Source: Candidatus Aerophobetes bacterium Ae_b3b
Lineage (GTDB): Bacteria; Aerophobota; Aerophobia; Aerophobales; AE-B3A
Direction: 5' to 3'
NCBI GenBank assembly: GCA_005223085.1
Contig: NJBP01000006.1
Coordinates: 1-59,586, forward strand
Length of the DNA: 59,586 nt
Below, piece after piece: positions 19,055-27,857 of the stretch; the first letter of the stretch is position 1, and every line of letters starts with the position of its first letter. The notes beneath the pieces were generated by a model. That model saw only the letters and a list, made by a program, of their open reading frames with translations. It did no database searches and was not told the origin of the DNA. The translations under genes and the position numbers were made by a program.

Positions 19055-19917
19055 CTTCTCTCCTCTCTTCTAAACCGACGCAGGTTAAGGAGCATCACGG
19101 GAAGGACAAGCAACAGCAAAACTACAGCAATGGCGCTTGATCTACCAAAGTTTCTAAACAGAAACATTTCTTTATACATACGGTTGGCAATGACTTCGGT
19201 GCCGAAGTTACCGTTGGTCATAACATAAACAATATCAAATATCTTGAGCACAAAGACTACCATGGTCGTAGCCAGTACGATGACGGTGGGCACAAGTAAG
19301 GGGAGAATAACTTTCCAGAAGACCCCCCATTCTCCAGCTCCATCAATCCGAGCTGCTTCTAAAAACTGTTTAGGAATACTTTTATATGAGGCTGAGAGTA
19401 CCACCATACAAAATCCTGTCCATACCCAGACCCCAACTGCTACAAGACAGAGATTATTAATCCAGGGTTTTTCAATCAGCCAGGCTACCGGAGGCAGGTG
19501 AAATGTATCAAGGAGAGCATTGAGAATACCAATCTGAGGAGTCCCTCCAGGTTTAAAAGCATAAACAAACTTCCAGATAACGCTAGCACTTACAAAAGAG
19601 ATAGCCATAGGCATGAAGATGATGGATTTAACAATAACCTCATATTTTACCCGGTCAAAAAGTACCGCCAGAATGAGTCCCAGAAATACCGTCACGGTGG
19701 TGAAGACTGCCACCCAGAGAACATTGTTGCGGAATGCTGTTAGCATGACCCGGTTGGTGAAAACATAGATATAGTTACCTGCTCCCACAAAGACTTGGGA
19801 ACGTTTGCCAAAAAAGGAAAGATACAAGGTATGAAAGGAAGGGTAAACGAGAAAAAAACCGAGTATAGCCAAGGCTGGAATCAGGTAAAACCAGGGAGTT
19901 AACCTCTTGGTATACAT
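19051..19917 (-). CDS. Alpha-glucoside ABC transporter permease (AglF-like)
   Basis: KSIIFMPMAISFV, QIGILNA, WTGFCMVVLSA, EAARIDGA, MTNGNFGTEVIA; ATG at 19917 has a GGAG-like context. Confidence 0.88.
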   Translation of the reverse strand: MYTKRLTPWFYLIPALAILGFFLVYPSFHTLYLSFFGKRSQVFVGAGNYIYVFTNRVMLTAFRNNVLWVAVFTTVTVFLGLILAVLFDRVKYEVIVKSIIFMPMAISFVSASVIWKFVYAFKPGGTPQIGILNALLDTFHLPPVAWLIEKPWINNLCLVAVGVWVWTGFCMVVLSASYKSIPKQFLEAARIDGAGEWGVFWKVILPLLVPTVIVLATTMVVFVLKIFDIVYVMTNGNFGTEVIANRMYKEMFLFRNFGRSSAIAVVLLLLVLPVMLLNLRRFRREERR

Positions 19918-19941
19918 TTTTATCTCTTTTTGGAGGGAAAG

Positions 19942-19975
19942 GAATGTGCGACCACTTGTACGTAGCCGCACATTC
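19942..19975 (-). terminator. Intercistronic hairpin after the SBP gene
   Basis: GAATGTGCG ... CGCACATTC stem. Confidence 0.55.
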
Positions 19976-19985
19976 GGCTTTAGAC

Positions 19986-21260
19986 CTATTCCTTATAAGC
20001 GTCAACCGCTGTTTCTTCAATTCTTTCCAGGACAGAATCCAGATCTTCACCACCTACGTAGTCCAGTATACCGCTCCAGAAAGAACCAGACCCTACCGCA
20101 GCAGGCATTAGATCAGACCCATCAAAGCGAAATGTTTCAGCACTGGCTAATACCTCGGCAGCCTTACGAGTGAGATCATCAGGATAGGCATTGGGATTCA
20201 CCCTTCTGTTAGCTGAGAGCTTCCCCAGCTCGGCTACCCAGATCTCCTGAGCACCAGCAGTTGCCAGATAGCGCATGAGAGCTTGTGCTTCTGGAGTGTC
20301 CTTGAACACCGCAAACATATCAGCAGCCCCCAAAGCAGGGGTTCCGTAGTCTAGATCAATGGACGGGAAGGGGAAGAAGCTAAAGTCTACCCCTGGTTGA
20401 AGGTCAGGATTGTACTTCAGAATGAAGCTCTTGATAAAGGTGGCCTGTTTGTGCATATATGCACGAGGGGGAGTGGTAAACAGCGCATTGGGAGCCTCAC
20501 CAAAGCTAGTGGTGAGTGCGGCTGCCGCCCCCCCATATACATATTTCTCATTTCGGGCAATCTGACCAAAAAGCTCCCAGGCACGCTTCACCATTGGATC
20601 TGTCCAGGATATTCCGTGATTGACCCACTTATCGTAAACCTCAGGTGAGGCGACTCGCAGCATAATGTCCTCGATCCAGTCAGTTCCGGGCCAGCCGCTG
20701 GCAGCCCCGGATTCAAGTCCAATAGACCAGGGAGCTTTTCCCTGAGCAGCGATTTTATCGGAAAGAGCTATCAGTTCCTCCCAGGTTTGGGGTATCTGGT
20801 AACCTGCATCCGCAAATGCCTTGGGACTATACCAGACCAGACTCTTGAGATCTGCGGAGATGAAAATGGCATATACAGTTTTCCGGTAGCTTCCCAGATC
20901 AATCCAGGTTTCGGCATATTCGTCCTGTAATTTGCTCATATCCATAAACTGGCTAAGATCAACCAGTGCCCTTATTTTGGCAAATTCCTGCATCTGACCA
21001 GGATTGGGCAAGGCAGAAATATCGGGAGGATTACCGGCTGCCACTCGGGTAGTAAGGACTGTCGGAAGATCGCGCGTACCGGTAAATTCCACTCTAATTC
21101 CGGTTTTTGCTTCAAAAGGTTCCAGCATCTTCATAAAAGCATCTCTTTCACCACCTCCCCATATACCGAGCATGGTCACAGTCTTTTCAGCAAAACCTGT
21201 GGTAGAGACTCCTCCTAGCAACAATCCCAAAATTAAGAGAAATATAATCTTTTTACCCAT
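19986..21260 (-). CDS. Alpha-glucoside/trehalose ABC substrate-binding protein (AglE-like)
   Basis: Signal peptide; GNPPDI, KSLVWYSP, ESGAASGWPGTDWIED, FDGSDLMP. Confidence 0.9.
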   Translation of the reverse strand: MGKKIIFLLILGLLLGGVSTTGFAEKTVTMLGIWGGGERDAFMKMLEPFEAKTGIRVEFTGTRDLPTVLTTRVAAGNPPDISALPNPGQMQEFAKIRALVDLSQFMDMSKLQDEYAETWIDLGSYRKTVYAIFISADLKSLVWYSPKAFADAGYQIPQTWEELIALSDKIAAQGKAPWSIGLESGAASGWPGTDWIEDIMLRVASPEVYDKWVNHGISWTDPMVKRAWELFGQIARNEKYVYGGAAAALTTSFGEAPNALFTTPPRAYMHKQATFIKSFILKYNPDLQPGVDFSFFPFPSIDLDYGTPALGAADMFAVFKDTPEAQALMRYLATAGAQEIWVAELGKLSANRRVNPNAYPDDLTRKAAEVLASAETFRFDGSDLMPAAVGSGSFWSGILDYVGGEDLDSVLERIEETAVDAYKE

Positions 21261-21509
21261 TCTCTTCCTCCTTCGGTTCAACTTTGTACTTTAAAACTCA
21301 ACTGGTCCCTTTATTTCCTCACCTCCTCTGAACCTTTACTTTTTTCTTGCCTTTCTCTATCAGAGCTTCGGTAACAGAACGTGTACGCGATTAAAAACTT
21401 TCTTTAAAACTAATAGGTAAAATTTTCTAAGAAAGCAATTGTAATTTACCGTGATTTAGAACCCTGTCAACTAATTGGACAATCAAGACACTCTCTTCTT
21501 TTGTCTCGC

Positions 21510-22559
21510 TCATCCTAAAGATCCGACTGCCTCTCCCCTTACCCCTTTTCTCATCCTCTCGCTCTCTTTAGTTAATCTTTCCAAATTTTCATTGGTTAGG
21601 ATCTCTACCCGAGGATAAGGACTTATGTGAGTTAACTTTTCCTTTAGACTTTGAGGCCAATTTTTTGCCAGCTTGAGGACCCCTTCTTTTCCTTCCACAG
21701 AGAAAACCTCTCCCAGAATTTCCAGAGGAAGAGTGTGAGGCGAGATGCAAGCAATCTGGGCTGCCTTGAGCGCATAACTGTTGCCATTGAAGGAAATACT
21801 AACCCCTCCTCCTTCGCTTACCAACCTCAATGCCTCTACGTCGGTGATGCTGTCTCCTACATACATTACCTGCGAAATTTCCCGGCCTTTTAACGAATCA
21901 ACCACAGCCTTAGCTTTTTCCATTCCCCCTATGGGCCTTGTCTCTTTTATTATCTTGCCGCATTCCAGAGAAGGAATTTCCTCCTGGAAGACTTCCTCCA
22001 GCCGTGATATGGTCCTTCTGGTTGATGGTAAAAGATCCTCTTTTTCCCTTACTCCTGAAAGATCAATAAAAGGCAGTTTAAGTATTTCCTGAAGAAGAGC
22101 TTTCAGCCTTCTTATCTCCTCGAAAGAGATCTGGTACCTATCAAGATCGAGGAAAGTAGAATAGGTATTCTTGACGGGAAAACCTACAAAGTCACAAAGT
22201 GCTTCTATATAAGGCTGATAGCTGGTGCTGATGATAAAGGTGGGCATCTTTTGGTTCAGGTGAGAAAGAGTCTCTTTAGCTCCAGGGATTAAGAGAAGAT
22301 GACTGGCAGAATACTCTTTTATCCCTTGATTGGTGGCTCCATAAGCTTTTAAAAAGGGCAAAATGAGGCTCAAAGTGGTGCCGGCTTTGTATCCTTTTCT
22401 TTTGATAACATCGGCCAGAAAATCATCGTACTTACTTATTAAGGAGAAAAACCTTCCTCCTTGAGGGATAAAATATTCTGAAAGCTCCAGGGCATTATCG
22501 TTCCTGGTTAAGGGACCTTCACAATCAATGCATATCTGTCTCACAGTTAATCTCCTCAT
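21510..22559 (-). CDS. HAD-like protein of the 'energy-converting hydrogenase subunit R' (EhaR/COG4030) family
   Basis: DCEGPLTRNDNA, SKYDD, GYKAG.TL.LILPF, ISTSY, YVGDSITD, SFNGN.YA. Confidence 0.8.
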   Translation of the reverse strand: MRRLTVRQICIDCEGPLTRNDNALELSEYFIPQGGRFFSLISKYDDFLADVIKRKGYKAGTTLSLILPFLKAYGATNQGIKEYSASHLLLIPGAKETLSHLNQKMPTFIISTSYQPYIEALCDFVGFPVKNTYSTFLDLDRYQISFEEIRRLKALLQEILKLPFIDLSGVREKEDLLPSTRRTISRLEEVFQEEIPSLECGKIIKETRPIGGMEKAKAVVDSLKGREISQVMYVGDSITDVEALRLVSEGGGVSISFNGNSYALKAAQIACISPHTLPLEILGEVFSVEGKEGVLKLAKNWPQSLKEKLTHISPYPRVEILTNENLERLTKESERMRKGVRGEAVGSLG

Positions 22560-23379
22560 TCAGGCAATAGCCCTCAATTATCTTGCCTCCCCTCATTAGT
22601 TTCTTTCCTCTTAGCTCGATTTTTTTATTAGACAGAGCTTTTAAGGTATGAACTATCAAAGGAAGCTCTCGCCTCACCCCTTCTTTTCTTATTTCCTTAA
22701 ACAAGGGCTCGTTTTCTCCTTCTTCTCTTTTTATCGTTTCCAGAGGTTTTCTCTTAAGCTTTTCTTCTAATTTTTCCCATAAGAAATCAAATTTTCCACC
22801 CTTTATGGGGAAAGTGCAATAAGTCAAAGGGGGACCGGCATCGAGCTCAGGAGTAACCAGATGCATCATTACTCCCGTTTGCCGCTCATTTTTTTCAATT
22901 AATTTCCAGATTACCTCCTGCCAGGTTCCCCGGGGACCTCCGGGGGCAGCCGGATGAAGATTTATCATAGGATATTTTCGACAAAGTTTTTCTCCTACGA
23001 TCAGCATGTAACCTGCCAGAACGATAAGATCAATCTCAAATTTATCTATTCTTTTTATCACCTCCTCATCGTAGAGGCTGCGCCAATGGCTAATCAATTT
23101 TGGCTTACCCCTTTTTTCCTGGACTAGAGCCTTTCTTCTCATCTCGGGCCGGAAATTCCTCGAGGAAAAAGATACCAAATCGATTCCTAACTTCTCTACC
23201 AACTTAAAAAATAAGTCGCTTTCCCTGGCCTCCCCCTTGGCTCTGTTGCTGAAAACAAAACCAATATGTAAGCTGGGCAGCCTGTCCTCTTTGATGCTAT
23301 CAGAAACTACCCTCAAAAGCTCTCGGGCTGCCTTATCTCTTCCGGTAGAAAACCATCCGATTTTATAATAGCTCATCAT
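22525..23379 (-). CDS. PurN-like formyltransferase family protein
   Basis: VFSNR, LAGYML, INLHPA, TGVMMH and ELDAGP formyltransferase motifs; atypical N-terminal loop WFSTGRD. Confidence 0.8.
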   Translation of the reverse strand: MMSYYKIGWFSTGRDKAARELLRVVSDSIKEDRLPSLHIGFVFSNRAKGEARESDLFFKLVEKLGIDLVSFSSRNFRPEMRRKALVQEKRGKPKLISHWRSLYDEEVIKRIDKFEIDLIVLAGYMLIVGEKLCRKYPMINLHPAAPGGPRGTWQEVIWKLIEKNERQTGVMMHLVTPELDAGPPLTYCTFPIKGGKFDFLWEKLEEKLKRKPLETIKREEGENEPLFKEIRKEGVRRELPLIVHTLKALSNKKIELRGKKLMRGGKIIEGYCLNEEINCETDMH

Positions 23380-23407
23380 ATACCTTTATTAGCCGCAAGA
23401 TACTCAA

Positions 23408-23608
23408 GGGGGGAAATATCCCCCCTCGACGGCTCGAGCAAGTCGAGCCTGCTCCCCTCTTTTTTCTGATATTTGGTCTGCCGAGGTTTACTTGATAATA
23501 ATTCAGAGAGATTATTGAAATTCCTATACCTCAAAATTGCCAGGATTATCACCCCAAGTTACCTCTTTTCCGTCATTGCGAGTTTGTCGAAGACAAACGT
23601 GGAAATCT
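23408..23608. repeat. Intergenic REP-like hairpins
   Basis: GGGGGGA..TCCCCCC and GGCTCGA..TCGAGCC stems, plus CGTCATTGCGAG-TTTGTC-GAA-GACAAAC-GTGGAAATCT at 23571-23608. Confidence 0.45.
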
Positions 23609-23680
23609 TACCTATTTAGCTGGCAAAATTTCTTCTGAAAATGAGTCACCAAGATATAAATTCCCCAGGACTAAAAATAA

Positions 23681-24637
23681 TCACCTACCCTTTTTGGTGA
23701 ATCCAGACAGGATCTCCTGGCCGGGATAGGTCTTCCTCCCGAATCCTCTTATGCTCTGGGAAGCAGCAAGGGTAGCTAATCTGGCGCATTCAGCCAAAGA
23801 AAGTTTTTTTAAAAGTCCGGCGAGAAATCCTGCCGCATAAACATCACCAGCTCCGGTGGTATCCACTATCTTTCCTTCTTGGGGAAAGATCTCTAGTTCT
23901 TCTTCCTGACAGAGAATATAGGAGCCCTTTTCTCCTAGCTTGCAAGCAACGATTTCTATTCCTAGCTTGAGTAGCTCCTTGCATCCTTCTTTATAGTCGT
24001 GGTGAGTTAAGATCTCAACTTCTCTCCCGGTGGAAAAGAGGATAAAGGTACGCTCCAGAATAGGAATGAGCTCTTTCATTCCCTTACTGGCGTGGGGTTC
24101 GCCAGGATCAAAGCTTATCTTAGCCCTGGTTTTCCTGGCAATTGTCTTTTGTGCCTTAAAAGGCACATCACCCAGGAAGGAACTCATATGCAAAAACTCG
24201 GCTTCATTTACATACTCGGGGTCAAGGTCAGAGTCGGAAAAGGTGTCGTTTGTATGGGGAAGGATAATGATACTTCTATCCTTTCTCTTACCCAACAGGA
24301 CAACACATAATCCACTTCTTCCCTCCCGTTTGATCTTTTCAGTATTTACCCCCACCTTCATCAGTCCTTCCAGCAAGAAGTCTCCTTCCCCATCTTTTCC
24401 CACTTTACCCAGATAACCACAGGAAAATCCCATTTTAGCCAGGGCATAGATGGTATTGGCTGCTGAGCCTCCTCCATTTTTTATCCTCAGTTTAGCCTTA
24501 CTTTTTAATGAATTTAAAAGATCCTCAAACTCGTGGTAGCTACCAACTCTTTCTCTTCCTGCCTCCAATCCTAAAAGGAGGGGGTCAACCTGGTAAATCA
24601 AATCCACATTTAAGGCTCCCAGACCTACCACATCCAT
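23681..24637 (-). CDS. PfkB-family carbohydrate/nucleoside kinase
   Basis: GALNVD, GGSAANT, FDPG, KLGEKGS, DTTGAGDVYAAGF. Confidence 0.93.
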   Translation of the reverse strand: MDVVGLGALNVDLIYQVDPLLLGLEAGRERVGSYHEFEDLLNSLKSKAKLRIKNGGGSAANTIYALAKMGFSCGYLGKVGKDGEGDFLLEGLMKVGVNTEKIKREGRSGLCVVLLGKRKDRSIIILPHTNDTFSDSDLDPEYVNEAEFLHMSSFLGDVPFKAQKTIARKTRAKISFDPGEPHASKGMKELIPILERTFILFSTGREVEILTHHDYKEGCKELLKLGIEIVACKLGEKGSYILCQEEELEIFPQEGKIVDTTGAGDVYAAGFLAGLLKKLSLAECARLATLAASQSIRGFGRKTYPGQEILSGFTKKGR

Positions 24638-24668
24638 TTAATACTCCTGCGTGAGCAATAGCTTTCCC

Positions 24669-24749
24669 ATGATAGCATCTAGCCATGGGACGGTCAAGCA
24701 TCGGTCTTCTAGCCTTGAAATTGACATTTTCTGGTGGCTGTAGTAGGAT
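24669..24749. promoter_or_regulatory. Divergent sigma70-type promoter pair (pfkB operon / pgm operon)
   Basis: Minus strand TTGACC-17-TATCAT (24697-24669); plus strand TTGACA-17-TAGGAT (24721-24749). Confidence 0.5.
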
Positions 24750-24791
24750 AGCTTAGCCTTACTAAAGCATTCAGCTTTAAGCAATCAGCAA

Positions 24792-24954
24792 GTAAATACT
24801 CAGTGAACCCCGTCATCGCCAGCGAAGCAACCTCGGTAGTCGCCGGTAGCGCAGGCTGAAGCCTGCGCAAAATCTTATCCTGCGTTTATGCGCACCCTAA
24901 AGGGTGCGGCTACTCGCAGTCAACAACATAGAACGTCCTTCACTGAATATTTAC
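24792..24954. mobile_element. MITE-like element with terminal inverted repeats and internal GTAG-type REP hairpins (copy 1)
   Basis: Ends GTAAATACTCAGTGAA / TTCACTGAATATTTAC (15 of 16 complementary); internal CGCAGGCTGAAGCCTGCG and CGCACCCTAAAGGGTGCGGCTAC hairpins closely matching those in 34184-34299. Confidence 0.7.
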
Positions 24955-24969
24955 ATTGAGGATGAGGTT

Positions 24970-26385
24970 ATGGGAAAGATCAAATTTGGTACCGATGGCT
25001 GGAGGGGGGTAATTGCTGATGATTTCACCTTTGACAATGTAGCTAAAGTTGCCCAGGCCATTGCTGATTACTACCAAACCCGACCGGAGAGGAAAAAAGG
25101 GTTGGCCATAGGATATGACACCCGCTTTTTGTCCCGGGAATTTGCTGAGGAAGTAGCCCAGGTCCTCGCCGGTAACGGTCTTTCGGTAATGCTTTCTCCA
25201 GAAGATATTCCCACCCAGTGTGTTTCCTTCGCCATAACCCATAAGAATCTAGCAGGAGGGGTAATGATCACCGCCTCTCATAATCCTCCTAAGTTTAACG
25301 GGGTTAAAATCAGGGGATCCTTTGGAGGCTCGGCCCCTCCCGAGACCACCAACGCTATCGAATCCTTTCTTGATAAACACCAGGTGAAAAAGATTTCCCT
25401 AAGAGAAGCTGAAAAAAAAGGACTTTTAAAAAAAGAGGATCTGGTGTCCAGTTATCTCCAGAAGGTTGAATCCTTTTTGGACATGGATCTAATAAAGAAG
25501 GCGCATCTTAAAATCATCCACGATCCTATGTACGGTACCGGAGACAGTTTTGTGGAAAAAATCCTTGCTTCATCAAAATGTGAGGTAATCACCATTCACC
25601 ACAAATACAATCCCGGGTTTGGTGGGATAAATCCTGAACCTATTGAGGAGAACCTGGAGGATCTGAAAAGGACGGTGATAAAGGAGGGGGCAGATTTAGG
25701 AGTAGCCACTGATGGGGATGCAGATAGATTAGGAATAGTGGATAATGAGGGAAGATATCTTACCCCTCACCAGGTTTTCTCCCTTCTTCTTTTATACCTG
25801 GTAGAGGAAAAAAATCTCCGAGGGGGGGTAGTAAAAACTGTCTCTTTAGGTTATCAGCCAGAAAGAATAGCCAGAGAGTTTAATCTATCTTTAGATGAAG
25901 TACCGGTAGGCTTTAAATATGTCTGTGATAAGATGCAGGAAAAGGATATTCTTTTCGGGGGTGAGGAAAGTGGAGGATACGGCTTTCGGGGCTATCTCAT
26001 GGAGCGAGACGGCATTCTTTCGGGTCTTCTTTTTGTGGAGATGATTACCAGAATAAGCTCACTCCTTTCTGCAATTCTAAAACAAATGGAGGATAGATTT
26101 GGTGCCTCTTTCTTCAAAAGGATAGATTTTGCCGAGGCAAAAGTGAATAAACCAGAGATGATAAAAAAACTTTCTTCCCCACCCTATTCGACTTTAGGTG
26201 GAATACCCATCAGACGGACTAAAACCATCGATGGGGTCAAATTCTTCATGGAAGATGATAGCTGGCTTCTTATTCGACCCTCAGGGACCGAACCCAAAGT
26301 GAGGGTTTATGCTGAGGCCTCCAGCCAAAGCCAATTAGATAGAATCATAGAAGAAGGAGTAAAGATGGCTCGGGAGGCAATTTAA
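24970..26385 (+). CDS. Phosphoglucomutase/phosphomannomutase family protein
   Basis: FGTDGWRG, TASHNP, DGDADR, GGEESGG, RPSGTEP. Confidence 0.95.
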   Translation: MGKIKFGTDGWRGVIADDFTFDNVAKVAQAIADYYQTRPERKKGLAIGYDTRFLSREFAEEVAQVLAGNGLSVMLSPEDIPTQCVSFAITHKNLAGGVMITASHNPPKFNGVKIRGSFGGSAPPETTNAIESFLDKHQVKKISLREAEKKGLLKKEDLVSSYLQKVESFLDMDLIKKAHLKIIHDPMYGTGDSFVEKILASSKCEVITIHHKYNPGFGGINPEPIEENLEDLKRTVIKEGADLGVATDGDADRLGIVDNEGRYLTPHQVFSLLLLYLVEEKNLRGGVVKTVSLGYQPERIAREFNLSLDEVPVGFKYVCDKMQEKDILFGGEESGGYGFRGYLMERDGILSGLLFVEMITRISSLLSAILKQMEDRFGASFFKRIDFAEAKVNKPEMIKKLSSPPYSTLGGIPIRRTKTIDGVKFFMEDDSWLLIRPSGTEPKVRVYAEASSQSQLDRIIEEGVKMAREAI

Positions 26386-26386
26386 A

Positions 26387-26923
26387 ATGTATGAAGAACT
26401 CATAATAGCTGGATTCGGAGGGCAGGGAATAATCTTTGCCGGAAAACTCCTCGCCCACGCCGGATTAAAGGAGGGTAAAGAAGTGGTCTACTTTCCCTCC
26501 TATGGAGCAGAGATGCGGGGAGGAACAGCCAATTGTACAGTGATAGTTTCAGATTCGCTTATCGCTTCCCCGGTGGTGGCTAATCCTCAAAATGCACTTA
26601 TGATGAGTCATCCTTCCTATCTTAAGTTTCTTCCTCGCATTAAAGCAAAAGGAAGGGCTCTCATCAATAGTTCTCTCGTTAAGGAGGAGCTTTTTCGTGA
26701 GGACATAGAAATAATCAAGATTCCGGCCAACGAAATAGCCGAGAGAATAGGTAGCTCTCGCATTGCTAACATGGTTGCTCTGGGAGCCTGGGTCAAAAAA
26801 ACAGAGGTAGTTGAGGTAAAAAGTCTAATTCACTCCTTTAAACAAGTGATTTCAGCCGATAAGTTGGATCTTCTCTCCTTGAATGAGAAGGCCTTAAGAG
26901 AAGGCGAGCAATTTGTCTCGTAA
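26387..26923 (+). CDS. 2-oxoacid:ferredoxin oxidoreductase gamma subunit
   Basis: AGFGGQG, PSYGAEMRGGTANC, NMVALGA. Confidence 0.93.
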   Translation: MYEELIIAGFGGQGIIFAGKLLAHAGLKEGKEVVYFPSYGAEMRGGTANCTVIVSDSLIASPVVANPQNALMMSHPSYLKFLPRIKAKGRALINSSLVKEELFREDIEIIKIPANEIAERIGSSRIANMVALGAWVKKTEVVEVKSLIHSFKQVISADKLDLLSLNEKALREGEQFVS

Positions 26924-27782
26924 TTCAATTGAGCCCTTTATTGACTATTTGAGCATAGAAAGGGGTCTTTCTCCTAATACTTTACAGGCTTATAGAAGAG
27001 ATCTTTGTCAGTTCAGAGATTGGTTAAAAAAAGAGTTTCTCCAGGTGGACTCAGCCCTGATCGGAAATTACTTGGCCACTTTAAGAGAAAAAGGGAATAA
27101 GTCTCGCACTCTAAATCGAAAACTTTCCGTGGTGAGGATGTTTTATAAGTTCCTTTACACAGAGGGAAAGATCGATCATAATCCAGTAGAGGGAGTTAGC
27201 TCTCCTCGGTTGGGAAGAAAGATTCCTTCTTTCCTTTCCGAGAAAGAAGTCGAGGCCCTTTTGGAGGCTCCATCTGTCGATGAACCATATGGATCCAGGG
27301 ATAGGGCCATCCTGGAGGTTGTATATGGAGCTGGCCTTCGTATATCGGAGTTAGTTAATCTTAACCTCACCGATTTAAATCTTAAAGGGGGATGGGTAAA
27401 AGTCTTAGGTAAAGGCTCCAAGGAACGTATTGTCCCTCTGGGAAGAGAGGCTTGCCGATGGGTGAGGATCTATTTGAGAAAAAGAAGGATAGAAACCACC
27501 GATAAGCTGTCCTTGTTTTGTAACCGTTATGGAAAGCGCCTTTCACGACAGGCCTGCTGGAAGATTACCAAAAAGTACAGTCAAAAATCTGGTATAACTA
27601 AAAAGATCTCGCCTCATACTCTTCGCCACTCTTTTGCCACTCATCTTCTCTCCCGGGATGCTGATCTTCGTTTCGTACAGGAACTTCTAGGACATACCAA
27701 CATTTCTACCACTCAGATCTACACTCACATAACCCAGGAACGCTTGAAAAAGGTCTATAAAAAATACCACCCTCGAGCTTGA
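26913..27782 (+). CDS. xerD: Tyrosine recombinase XerD
   Basis: ERGLSPNT, GLRISEL, GKGSKER, SPHTLRHSFATHLL, LGH..ISTTQIYTH, HPRA. Confidence 0.9.
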   Translation: MSRNSIEPFIDYLSIERGLSPNTLQAYRRDLCQFRDWLKKEFLQVDSALIGNYLATLREKGNKSRTLNRKLSVVRMFYKFLYTEGKIDHNPVEGVSSPRLGRKIPSFLSEKEVEALLEAPSVDEPYGSRDRAILEVVYGAGLRISELVNLNLTDLNLKGGWVKVLGKGSKERIVPLGREACRWVRIYLRKRRIETTDKLSLFCNRYGKRLSRQACWKITKKYSQKSGITKKISPHTLRHSFATHLLSRDADLRFVQELLGHTNISTTQIYTHITQERLKKVYKKYHPRA

Positions 27783-27857
27783 GCCTTCCTTGACAGCGAG
27801 GCTCAATCTGATATTTTAAGCAAAAGGAGCTATTTTAATTTCAGTTGTACGCCAAAA

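Noticed and set aside
26913-27782. Tyrosine recombinase as a possible integron or phage integrase
   Set aside because: XerD-type motifs, housekeeping context and no IntI-specific insertion
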